Source of the DNA: a virus | Strand: one strand, 5' to 3' | Length of the DNA: 64,000 nt | Virus record (IMG/VR): IMGVR_UViG_3300047457_001149 | Location: 26,358 to 90,357 of that record | Shown: one piece after another, positions 37,968 to 46,569 of the stretch | How the letters are laid out: each line of letters starts with the position of its first letter | How positions within the stretch are numbered: the stretch's first letter is position 1 | Translations under genes and position numbers: made by a program | The notes under the pieces: generated by a model | The model's input: the letters and a program-made list of their open reading frames with translations, nothing else | The model's database searches: none | What the model was told of the DNA's origin: nothing

Positions 37968-39278
37968 ATGAAGATCCAGTACCAGATCACCCGCAACTAC
38001 GTCTCCAACTGGTCCCTCGCTCACGCGATCCGTGAGGTGATGGCCAACGCTTTTGACGCCGAGAAGCAGCTCGGCGCCAAGGCGCAGATCAAGTACGACA
38101 AGAAGAACAAGAGGCTGACCGTCCGCAACGAGAACGTCTCGGTCCGTCATGAAGACGCGCTCTACTTCGGCGAGAGCTCGAAGCGTGGGCAGGACTTCAT
38201 CGGCCAGTACGGCGAGGGCCTGAAGCTCGCGCTGCTGGTCTTCGCGAGGCTCGACCTCGACGTCGTCATCAAGAACGGCGCCAACGAGAACTGGCGGCCG
38301 TCGATGCAGACGGACAAGCTCGGCGTCGAGTGCCTGACCCTCGACATCACCAAGGCGGACAGGCAGGAGGGGCACTTCGACGTCGTGCTGAACGGCATCG
38401 AGGAGGAGTCGTGGGACACGATCCGTTCGTGGTTCCTGCAGCTCAGCCCGGCGTCCGAGGTCAAGCAGACCACCTACGGCCAGCTGCTCGACGACCCGGA
38501 GTACGTCGGCAAGATCTTCGTCCGTGGCGTCTACGTCACGACGCGACCGAAGTACGACTTCGGCTACAACTTCTTCCACGTCGACACCGGCCGCGACCGT
38601 CAGGTCCCGTCCAACTTCGACATCGACTGGTCGATCCAGCAGATCTGGAACGAGCTGTCGAAGAAGGGCGACGCGAAGTTTCGCGCTCGCCTGTTCAAGA
38701 GCTTTGAGAGCGAGGCCGCCGAGCAGGAGGCCTTCCTCTACAACCAGCCCCCTGCGCTGGTCACCGCGATGGTGACTGAGTTCAAGGAGAACTACGGCGA
38801 CAAGGCCGTACCCGTCGCCGGTACCGGCGAGGGCGGCGACCTGGAGCACCTCGGCCACACGCCCGTGCCGCTGCCCAAGCGCCTCGTCGCGCTACTTCGG
38901 GCAGAGATGCCGTCGCCCGAGAAGATCAAGGCCGAGTACTCGCAACAAGTCGTGAAGCGCTACCGGCTCGCCGAGCTCTCGCCCGTCGAGGTGAAGAACT
39001 TCACTCGCGCGCTGGAGCTCCTCTTCCCGCACGTGCGAGACGCGACCACGCGCGCGGTCATCGTCGACTTCGGCTCGAAGGACGTACTCGGCCTGCACAG
39101 CGGCGAGGACGTCTACATCGCGAAGGAAGTGGCACAGGACTTCGGCAAGCTCGCCATGGTCCTCGTCCACGAGTTCGCGCACGACTCCGGCGCCGACGGG
39201 AGCAAGGCGCACACCGACGCCATCCAGAGCCTCAGCGAGTCTCTGGTGAATCAGCTGTGGCGGCAGATTCCGGCGTAG
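37968..39278 (+). CDS. GHKL (HATPase_c / MPN635-like) ATPase with C-terminal HExxH motif
   Basis: AIREVMANAFDA (N box), IGQYGEGLKLAL (G box), LVHEFAH; GGAGG RBS. Confidence 0.8.
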   Translation: MKIQYQITRNYVSNWSLAHAIREVMANAFDAEKQLGAKAQIKYDKKNKRLTVRNENVSVRHEDALYFGESSKRGQDFIGQYGEGLKLALLVFARLDLDVVIKNGANENWRPSMQTDKLGVECLTLDITKADRQEGHFDVVLNGIEEESWDTIRSWFLQLSPASEVKQTTYGQLLDDPEYVGKIFVRGVYVTTRPKYDFGYNFFHVDTGRDRQVPSNFDIDWSIQQIWNELSKKGDAKFRARLFKSFESEAAEQEAFLYNQPPALVTAMVTEFKENYGDKAVPVAGTGEGGDLEHLGHTPVPLPKRLVALLRAEMPSPEKIKAEYSQQVVKRYRLAELSPVEVKNFTRALELLFPHVRDATTRAVIVDFGSKDVLGLHSGEDVYIAKEVAQDFGKLAMVLVHEFAHDSGADGSKAHTDAIQSLSESLVNQLWRQIPA

Positions 39279-39651
39279 GCTCCGGCTTCGTCGCGTCCAG
39301 CGACTCGATCAGCGCTTGAAACATCCGGAGCTTCTCCGGGTCACTGAGCGCCTTACTCACAGGCTCGGGCAGATGCGCTGCGCGCAACGCTTCCGCTGGC
39401 ACTACGCCGGCGCGGCGTTGCGCGTAGCGCTGTCCGGCGACCATCAGCTTCGCCGGGTCAAAGCCGGCGGCGCGCACCACTTCAACAAGGAAGGCGGGGA
39501 CGGGCTTGGACAGCGCCCAGCTCTCCCACGCCTCTGCAGACTTCCGGCGCAACATCACGTTCATGATGGCGGTGATGAGCGGCCAGAAAACCAGCCCCAG
39601 AAGAACGTCCTGGTGCTGGATCACGAAAGACAGAACGACGTTTAGGTTCAT
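39232..39651 (-). CDS. Membrane protein, possibly holin-like
   Basis: Hydrophobic N-terminus (VLLGLVFWPLITAIMNVML) then RRK. Confidence 0.55.
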   Translation of the reverse strand: MNLNVVLSFVIQHQDVLLGLVFWPLITAIMNVMLRRKSAEAWESWALSKPVPAFLVEVVRAAGFDPAKLMVAGQRYAQRRAGVVPAEALRAAHLPEPVSKALSDPEKLRMFQALIESLDATKPEPTPESAATADSPETR

Positions 39652-39663
39652 GAGGACAAAGGT

Positions 39664-40125
39664 ATGTCGAACAAGACCGTAGCAGTCATCAATGCCGTTG
39701 ACGCCATCGCTCGCGCAGCCGCGTTTCTCGACCAGGTTCGAGGCGACTCGGCGCTCTCAAAGGTTGACGATCACGCAGCTCTCCACAAGGCGTGGGCGCA
39801 TCTCGCCAAGGCGCCGCAGCGGCTCGGGCTCGACCCGATGACCAACGCGCGCTGCAACGCGCTCACGCAGGCCAACACCGCACTGTACGCGGCGTCCCAC
39901 GCGACGACGCAGTCACAGGCGGACGCGCTCACGCAGACGGCGAATGCGCTGCTCTCGCTGCATGACCAGGCGGCGGGCGTGGCGTGGTATAGCCTGCCGG
40001 GCACGCGTCGCGATGTGCGCGCCGAGACCCTGCGGCTCAACGACCGGGCGGAAAATCGTCAGCTGCTGCACAAGGTTGTGGAGCTGCTCGGCATCATTGC
40101 GGCCCGTTCCACGACCAATCACTGA
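39664..40125 (+). CDS. Hypothetical protein
   Basis: 153 aa Ala-rich helical. Confidence 0.6.
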   Translation: MSNKTVAVINAVDAIARAAAFLDQVRGDSALSKVDDHAALHKAWAHLAKAPQRLGLDPMTNARCNALTQANTALYAASHATTQSQADALTQTANALLSLHDQAAGVAWYSLPGTRRDVRAETLRLNDRAENRQLLHKVVELLGIIAARSTTNH

Positions 40126-40137
40126 AGGAACAATAAC

Positions 40138-40371
40138 ATGGACAAGCTTCTGCAACAGATTCAAAATACTCTGAACTCGGCGCGTGAAGGCACAGTGGTC
40201 GACGTCGCGCCGCTGCTTTCGGCAGCGGACGCGATCACCGACGGGGAGCGCTTGGAGCTCGCCGCATCTGCCGCAAATCCCAAGAACGTCGCCGGGTATC
40301 TTCGAGATGTTCTCCGGGTCATTGCGGAACCGCCACCGCAGCCCGCACAGCTCAGCTCGCCGCAGCAGTGA
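40138..40371 (+). CDS. Hypothetical protein
   Basis: 77 aa; AAGGA RBS. Confidence 0.6.
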   Translation: MDKLLQQIQNTLNSAREGTVVDVAPLLSAADAITDGERLELAASAANPKNVAGYLRDVLRVIAEPPPQPAQLSSPQQ

Positions 40372-40392
40372 CACTTTACGTCGTCAACCGTC

Positions 40393-40587
40393 ATGCCCGC
40401 AAAGAGAACGCCCACGTCCGACGCGCGACTGCGTCTGATCCTCGCTAGCTACGAGGACGTACTTAAGGCGCGAGCTGCGAGAAAGGACGCGCCTGACGAC
40501 GCGGCCGCTCAGAACAAAGAAGCCCGGGCGATCACGCTGCTAGAGAACAGCGTGATCGACTGGATCAACGACGTCTGGAAGACTTGA
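40393..40587 (+). CDS. Hypothetical protein
   Basis: 64 aa. Confidence 0.5.
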   Translation: MPAKRTPTSDARLRLILASYEDVLKARAARKDAPDDAAAQNKEARAITLLENSVIDWINDVWKT

Positions 40588-40618
40588 CTAGGTTTCACAC
40601 AAGGAGTAAAAAAGACAC

Positions 40619-40819
40619 ATGACGGACATCGAAGCGCAGTTTCAGGAGCTCATTCAGGCGGCCAAGGCACACAAGGCCGAGCTCGACATGGCGAAGCTGG
40701 AGTACAAGCACACCATGCGAAAGGTCGGGATCTTGGCGGAGCAGTACCCCGCCATGGCGCAGAAGCTCGGGCTGACCGCGCCGAAGAAGGACAAGAGCGA
40801 CAGCGGCAGCGAAGAGTAA
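40619..40819 (+). CDS. Small coiled-coil protein
   Basis: 66 aa; AAGGAG upstream; TTGACT-N17-TAAAAA at 40584-40612 may be a sigma70-type promoter. Confidence 0.65.
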   Translation: MTDIEAQFQELIQAAKAHKAELDMAKLEYKHTMRKVGILAEQYPAMAQKLGLTAPKKDKSDSGSEE

Positions 40820-40840
40820 CGGCACCACTAGCACACCACT

Positions 40841-40890
40841 AACGGGCGTCGGGGCTTCGGCCCCGGCGCCCGTTGGCGTTAGGAGAAAAC
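40841..40890 (+). promoter_or_regulatory. cUUCGg 15-bp leader hairpin + GGCGTT + RBS, copy 1
   Basis: AACGGGCGTCGGGGC-TTCG-GCCCCGGCGCCCGTT; covarying copy at 51220. Confidence 0.65.
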
Positions 40891-42381
40891 ATGTCGAGAG
40901 TCTGGTCGAAGTTTCAAGAAGACATCTACAGGTTCGTCGCTCAAGAGACGGGGAACCTGATGGTGATCGCGCGCGCCGGCTGCGGCAAGACCACCACCAT
41001 CTGCGAGGCGTGCAACCGGATCCCGCGCGGTAAGCGCGTCCTAGTCTGCGCCTTCAACAACAAGATTCGCGACGAGCTTGCTGAGCGCTTGAAGGACATG
41101 AAGCACGTGTACGTCAAGGGCATGCACCAGCTCGGCTTCGCCGCGATCATGCGACAGCGCGGCGGCGGTCGGCTGGACGTGGACCGCTACCGCATCCGCG
41201 ACTACGTCCGGGGGCTGATCCCGGACGAGATGAAGGAGTATCGCGGTGACATGGTCAAGCTCGTGGCGATGTGCATGGCTAACTTGGCCTTGGACAGCGG
41301 CGCGATCAAGAGCGCCATGTACGAGTACGACCTTCGCCCTAGCGCACCGGCCCACGAGGGCCTGTTCATCGAGTGGACTCAGGCGGCCATGGAGTACAGC
41401 CGGCGGCCGGCGGCGTCCATTTCTTTCGACGAGCAAGTGTTCCTGCCTGCCGTCATGAACCTCTCGACGGGCGCCTTCGACGTCGTCCTGGTTGACGAGG
41501 CGCAGGACTTGAACGCCTGCCAGTACCGCATCGCCATGAACGCGGTAAAGCGCGGCGGCCGCGTGATCGCGGTCGGCGACGACCGTCAGGCGATCTACGG
41601 CTTTCGCGGCGCTGACTCCGACGCCATCGGTCGGCTGACGCGCGAGCTCAAGGCGACGGTGTTGCCCTTGAGCGTCACCTATCGCTGCCCGACCAAGGTC
41701 GTCGCCTTGGCTCAGCGCCTTGTGCCTGACTTCGAGTCGGGAGACGGAGCGCCCCCGGGCGAGGTGCGAATCGTCGGCGAGAAGGAGTTTCTCGACGGCG
41801 TGAAGGTCGGGGACGCGGTGATCAGCCGCACCAACTCCGGCCTCACCAAGTACTGCTTGTCTCTGCTCGTCGGAGGCAAGCGCGCACGCATCATCGGGAG
41901 AGACTTGAGCGCGAAGCTTGAGGCGATCCTGGCGCGCGTGACGACGAACGTCCTCAAGGACGCGCTCGGTCAGATGAGCGCGTTTGTAGAGGACGAGGTT
42001 GAACGCCTCGTCGCCGCCAAGAAGGATGACAAGGCCGAGGAGCTCCTCGACAACCTTGAAGCCCTTCGCGCGCTGTCAGACGGCATGACGACTGTCACTT
42101 CATTGCGGCAGCGCATGAACTCTCTCTTCGCCGAGGGCGACGGCGTCGAGTACGGCACCATCCCCTGCATGACCGTACACAAGGCGAAGGGCCTTGAGTT
42201 CGATCGGGTCTGGCTCTTGGAGTCGACCTTCCGCGTCAACACCATCGAGGGTGAGAACCTCTACTACGTCGGCATCACGCGCACCAAACACCAACTCTTT
42301 CTGGTTCAAGTGCCGCGCGCTGACGGCTCGAAGGTTCCCAGCATCGCGCTGACCACCCTGGGCTTCAACCCGAACGCGTAA
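40891..42381 (+). CDS. UvrD/Rep-family SF1 helicase
   Basis: ARAGCGKT, LVDEAQD, VGDDRQAIYGFRGA, TYRCP, TVHKAKGLEFD, YVGITR. Confidence 0.93.
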   Translation: MSRVWSKFQEDIYRFVAQETGNLMVIARAGCGKTTTICEACNRIPRGKRVLVCAFNNKIRDELAERLKDMKHVYVKGMHQLGFAAIMRQRGGGRLDVDRYRIRDYVRGLIPDEMKEYRGDMVKLVAMCMANLALDSGAIKSAMYEYDLRPSAPAHEGLFIEWTQAAMEYSRRPAASISFDEQVFLPAVMNLSTGAFDVVLVDEAQDLNACQYRIAMNAVKRGGRVIAVGDDRQAIYGFRGADSDAIGRLTRELKATVLPLSVTYRCPTKVVALAQRLVPDFESGDGAPPGEVRIVGEKEFLDGVKVGDAVISRTNSGLTKYCLSLLVGGKRARIIGRDLSAKLEAILARVTTNVLKDALGQMSAFVEDEVERLVAAKKDDKAEELLDNLEALRALSDGMTTVTSLRQRMNSLFAEGDGVEYGTIPCMTVHKAKGLEFDRVWLLESTFRVNTIEGENLYYVGITRTKHQLFLVQVPRADGSKVPSIALTTLGFNPNA

Positions 42382-42387
42382 CCCACG

Positions 42388-42470
42388 AGGAGGGGCGAGG
42401 ACAACTCGCCCCTCCTTCGCTCTCCGCCCCTTTCTGTTGCCGCGCGCGGCGGCAGAAAGGGGCGGAGAGC
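42388..42470 (+). other. Two tandem intergenic hairpins
   Basis: GGAGGGGCGAG...CTCGCCCCTCC and GCTCTCCGCCCCTTTCTG...CAGAAAGGGGCGGAGAGC. Confidence 0.6.
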
Positions 42471-42492
42471 CTCATTGGTTAGGAGGAGGCAT

Positions 42493-43167
42493 GTGACACT
42501 AGAAGAGGCGATAGAGAAGATCAAGAAGGCGTACGCACAGAAGCTCACCGGCGTCAGAGCGTCGACGGAGCTACTACGCAACGCCGTAAACGTCTACGAG
42601 AGCGCGGCTCAAGAGGACGCGCTCAACCACTTCCTCATCGGGTCCGGCATCATCTCTCCGGACACCGAGCGCAAGGCCGAGACCGCGGCGCTCACGCTGC
42701 TCGACGTCGTCGAGAAGCTGCCCGAGCTCCGCCCGGGCTACGAGCACGAGATGATCTTGTTGGAAGATGAAGAGGAGACGGAGGCGGCGCCCGAGCCGCT
42801 GCCCGAGAGGCCGTTCCCTCTTCTCGCGGCGGACGGGCGCCCCGTTCTGATCTTCGGCGGCTTCGTCGTCGAGGATAAGATGCGTTCGCTGACGCAGACG
42901 GCGGGCGTTGCGGTGGAGTGGATTTCTAACGAGAGGAATGGGCAGGGCGACGGTGAGTGTGAGAGCGCGTGCCGCAAGATCCGCAACGGGCAGTATGCCG
43001 GGGTGATCTTGCTGAACGAGCTCATGTCACACCGACAGGGCGACAATCTGATCAAGGCTGCCAAGGGTGCAGGAGTTCACCACGCCGTCGGTAAGAAAGG
43101 CGGCAAGGGTGTGCTGCTGCGAGCGCTGGAACTGTTCGAGAAACAACGCAAGGAGACTGTGAAATGA
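42493..43167 (+). CDS. Hypothetical protein with DUF2325-like C-terminal domain
   Basis: VLIFGG...VEWI...GVILLNELMSH; AGGAGG RBS before GTG. Confidence 0.6.
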   Translation: MTLEEAIEKIKKAYAQKLTGVRASTELLRNAVNVYESAAQEDALNHFLIGSGIISPDTERKAETAALTLLDVVEKLPELRPGYEHEMILLEDEEETEAAPEPLPERPFPLLAADGRPVLIFGGFVVEDKMRSLTQTAGVAVEWISNERNGQGDGECESACRKIRNGQYAGVILLNELMSHRQGDNLIKAAKGAGVHHAVGKKGGKGVLLRALELFEKQRKETVK

Positions 43168-44207
43168 CGAGCTACTACAACATCTGCAAGGCCTTCATCA
43201 ATGGCGAGAAGATCGAGAAGCGCTGGCTCTCCCGCGTCGGGAAGAACAACGGCTGGGGTTACGGACGGGGCGGCGGGCTCTACTCAGCGCCGGGGACGAG
43301 GCGGATGGACGTCATCTACCAGGACGGCGTCAGCATAATTCGTTCCTACGAGCGCATGGCGCTGGCCGTGCGCCAAGATAACGGGCGCGTCATCGTGAAC
43401 GCCGATGATGGCCCGTCGATGATGACCCGCAGTCACCAGCGGGAGCTGCGCGGCGTGCTGCAGGGCGTGGAGCACTGCCTCCTGCCGTTCTCCGCGCTGC
43501 GCGCCGCCGGGATCTTTGTGGAGGATGTGGTGATCGTGGCCACGACTCCGGACAAAGAGATCGAGACCTGGAAGAAGTGCCGGTGCGAGAAGCCCTGGCA
43601 CACCGAGTCGAACGATTACGTTCGAGTGAACGAGGACGGCACGCACTCGGTGCGGAACGTTCAGCACTTCCTGGGCGAGACGCTCTTCACCACGCAACGG
43701 CATCCGGACCGTTACTACGTCGCCGGCCTCGACCGGAACGACGACCCGCGTAAGCGGAACTTCTATCTGGCGTGGCTGCCCGCCTTCGCGGCGCCCAAGA
43801 GCGTCGACGAGGCGCTCGAACTGCTGAAGCCGCAGGGTCTGCCGGAGAGCGGCTGGCTTCGTCAGGGCGAGTGGTTCTTCGTGCCGAAGCCGGGGCTCAA
43901 GCCGGTGCTTGAAGGCGGGAACGTGTTGGTCAAGGAGACCAAGATTACCTGGGACAAGACGAAGCCCGGCGTCCCGATCACGTCGGCGGACGCGGAGGAA
44001 GCACGGGCGTCGGCGAAGGGGCTGCCCTGGGGACGTCAGCGCCGGCACCGTGCGACACGCATGTACATCAACGACTCAGTGTACGTGAGCGGCATGGTTC
44101 GAGACGCGGAGCACAGCCCTCTCAAGCTGGGCGATGGGAAGACTTGGTACGAGGTGATTCGTAACCGCGCCGTGGGCAGCTGGGGCGCGCAAGGGAATGT
44201 GGACTGA
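43164..44207 (+). CDS. Hypothetical phage protein
   Basis: 347 aa; LRQGEWFFVP and EHSPLKL motifs typical of phage accessory proteins. Confidence 0.75.
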   Translation: MTSYYNICKAFINGEKIEKRWLSRVGKNNGWGYGRGGGLYSAPGTRRMDVIYQDGVSIIRSYERMALAVRQDNGRVIVNADDGPSMMTRSHQRELRGVLQGVEHCLLPFSALRAAGIFVEDVVIVATTPDKEIETWKKCRCEKPWHTESNDYVRVNEDGTHSVRNVQHFLGETLFTTQRHPDRYYVAGLDRNDDPRKRNFYLAWLPAFAAPKSVDEALELLKPQGLPESGWLRQGEWFFVPKPGLKPVLEGGNVLVKETKITWDKTKPGVPITSADAEEARASAKGLPWGRQRRHRATRMYINDSVYVSGMVRDAEHSPLKLGDGKTWYEVIRNRAVGSWGAQGNVD

Positions 44208-44476
44208 TGCGAGAGCTGTACGAGTTTCGGGAAGCGCCCGCAGACTTCGATCTACCCGACGCGTTCGATCCCGATCGAAGCAATCGGGACCGCGCGAAGC
44301 GGGCGGCGATGGGTCTGGAGGCCTACTGGGGAGACACCGACAGAGGAGAGGAAGCAGAGACCGTGGCCAAGGACTTCCTGACCGACCTCCTGCATTGGGG
44401 CGACGGTCAGGGGATCGACATCGAGGAGTTGTTGGGTCGAGCGAGGTCTACCTACGAGGATGAGAGGCAGCGATGA
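44207..44476 (+). CDS. Hypothetical protein, paralog 1
   Basis: RAKRAAMGLEAYW...DFLTDLLHWGDGQGID. Confidence 0.7.
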   Translation: MRELYEFREAPADFDLPDAFDPDRSNRDRAKRAAMGLEAYWGDTDRGEEAETVAKDFLTDLLHWGDGQGIDIEELLGRARSTYEDERQR

Positions 44477-44748
44477 AGCTTCAAGGCATGCGCAGTTACA
44501 AGAACGCGCCGGCCTCGTTCTTCGAGGTCAAGCGGGACGGTACCTGCGGACGAAGGCGCGCCAACAAGGCGGCGAGGGCGATCGAGGCGCACTGGGAAGA
44601 GACGAAGCCGGAGGGCGCTAGCGCGAAGGACTTGTTTCACGATCTCCTCGCCGACCTCTGGCACTGGTGCGAGGGGCAGGGCCTCGACTTCTACGAGATC
44701 GCGGCGGAGGCGCGCGCGACATTCAAGCAGGAGAGAGATCAGAAGTGA
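44473..44748 (+). CDS. Hypothetical protein, paralog 2
   Basis: RANKAARAIEAHW...DLLADLWHWCEGQGLD. Confidence 0.7.
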   Translation: MKLQGMRSYKNAPASFFEVKRDGTCGRRRANKAARAIEAHWEETKPEGASAKDLFHDLLADLWHWCEGQGLDFYEIAAEARATFKQERDQK

Positions 44749-44770
44749 CTTGTGATACCTTTACGAGGTA

Positions 44771-45115
44771 ATGCGCAATCACTACTTGAATCACGAGGAG
44801 CTTGAGTCTCTCGCATCCGACGACAACGACAACGTGCGTAAGCTCGTGGACTTGCTCCGCGATCTCGCCGGAGAGCGCTTGTTGGATCGGATGCGAGACC
44901 TCGGCCGTAAGTACCTGAACGACAGCGAAGCCTCAGGCCTCGATCGGGCTCTGTGGTACGCCGTCGAGAACGGGCCAGCCAGGCTAGACAGCGAAGAGGT
45001 CGGCGATCTCGAACAGCTGTCGCAAATGGCCGGAGGCTGGTGGCGGCTCGACGGCCCGGAACCGGAGTTCTTGTCGTTCGAGGAGTGGACTGAGATTTAC
45101 GGAGACGGGCAGTGA
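44771..45115 (+). CDS. Hypothetical protein
   Basis: 114 aa; LSQMAGGWW...FLSFEEW. Confidence 0.65.
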   Translation: MRNHYLNHEELESLASDDNDNVRKLVDLLRDLAGERLLDRMRDLGRKYLNDSEASGLDRALWYAVENGPARLDSEEVGDLEQLSQMAGGWWRLDGPEPEFLSFEEWTEIYGDGQ

Positions 45116-45441
45116 GCAAGGCAGACGACGCGAAGACCCAGCGGCAACAGACGCTGGGCAAGTTGCTGCGCGAAGCTCGGCACTCTCGCGGCTGGGTGTT
45201 GGAGGACGTGGCGAAGAAGGCTGGCGTGTCAATCCCCTTCTTGAGCGACCTGGAGCGCGGCAAGCGAGTGATCAGCCCGAAGCGGCTGCACGATCTCGCC
45301 CGCGCGCTGGAGCTCTCGGGGGCTGACTACATCCGGCTTTTCCAGCTTCGGCAAAGGCTTCCGCCGAAGGAAGAGCGGTGGTTCCTTCAGAACCCAGGAC
45401 TTTGGAAGTCCGCTCCGAAAGGGGCTTTACCCGCTGAGTAA
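45112..45441 (+). CDS. XRE-family HTH transcriptional regulator
   Basis: LGKLLREARHSRGWVLEDVAKKAGVSIPFLSDLERG. Confidence 0.88.
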   Translation: MSKADDAKTQRQQTLGKLLREARHSRGWVLEDVAKKAGVSIPFLSDLERGKRVISPKRLHDLARALELSGADYIRLFQLRQRLPPKEERWFLQNPGLWKSAPKGALPAE

Positions 45442-45527
45442 ACTACAGTAGGCTTCGGTTGTGCAGTTCACCGAGACAGGCCCGCTACGACATCCGGTTG
45501 TAGCGGGCCTTCTCATTTGGAGGGGTC

Positions 45528-45965
45528 GTGGACTATCCATTTCCGACAGCTCAGGTCGAAGTCGCAGTGCCGAAAAAGTTCCGCACGTGGTTCTCGGCGA
45601 AAGACTCCTTGTGCGTCACGCTGCAGGGAGACGTCGTCAAGATCATGGACGGCCCTCCGCTTCGAATCGTGCCGACTGATCATGGATACGCCGCGATGCG
45701 CGGGAAGATGGTCGTCGGAGAGTTCGATCAGCACACCGTGCGGCGCACGGTGAACGATCGGCTCTTGCGGCAAATGAGCGTCCTTCGCTCAGCGATTTAC
45801 GGCGTTAGCTTTCCCGCTCCGTTGGCATACGTGCTGCGCGATGGCTCGTTGGTTCACCCGGGCCCGTGCTTCTCGAAGCACGCCGAGAGCGTGACGCTGC
45901 GCGCGCTCTTTAGCGTGAAGGACGAGGATGCTCGGTGCTCTATCTGCAAGGAGGCTTTTGTGTGA
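45528..45965 (+). CDS. Hypothetical protein
   Basis: 145 aa; GGAGG RBS; terminal CSIC. Confidence 0.55.
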   Translation: MDYPFPTAQVEVAVPKKFRTWFSAKDSLCVTLQGDVVKIMDGPPLRIVPTDHGYAAMRGKMVVGEFDQHTVRRTVNDRLLRQMSVLRSAIYGVSFPAPLAYVLRDGSLVHPGPCFSKHAESVTLRALFSVKDEDARCSICKEAFV

Positions 45966-46507
45966 CGACATGTGAAAGCTGCGGCGCGGAGCACGTGCTT
46001 CTCCGCGACGAGGACGACGACCTCTATCGTCGAGTCTGTATCTGTGAGTCGAAACTGCCCTGTCACCACAAGGGCTGCAAGCAACTCGTAGTCGGCGCCC
46101 GCCTGGACAGATCCGGCGAGGTCCGCAAGTGCTTCTGCGCGAAGCACGCGGGCCTGGATGATGTGGCGGGCTGGCTGTCTCCGTCTCTGCCGGAGCCAAC
46201 TCCCGTGGTGAAGCAAGAGAAGGAGAAGAAGGAGAGGAAAGAGAAGAAGGACAGCTCGCCTAACGACGTCACGAAGCTCAACGTGCCGCTATTCGCGATG
46301 ACGTGCTGCGGACGGACGGTCGTGTCCACGCGCCGCACGTTTCACTGCTGCGAGTGCGACCAGACGCTGCGAGGCGCCCCGATCGAGAAGGGCGAGATGG
46401 ACGGCGTGTTCGTCAGGCACGGCCCGACCGGCACGAGCGTGATCATCACGCTCAAGATCGAAAGCATCGCTGACTACGTAGCCCACGACTTCGTAATCAG
46501 CGTGTAA
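45962..46507 (+). CDS. Cys-rich zinc-finger-like protein
   Basis: CESC, CIC, CHHKGC, CAKH, CCEC. Confidence 0.6.
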   Translation: MTTCESCGAEHVLLRDEDDDLYRRVCICESKLPCHHKGCKQLVVGARLDRSGEVRKCFCAKHAGLDDVAGWLSPSLPEPTPVVKQEKEKKERKEKKDSSPNDVTKLNVPLFAMTCCGRTVVSTRRTFHCCECDQTLRGAPIEKGEMDGVFVRHGPTGTSVIITLKIESIADYVAHDFVISV

Positions 46508-46569
46508 GCAGAGGAGGGGAGGGCCCGTATCCTGCGGGCCCTCCCCGTTCTCGTAGTATTCTTCCCTGC

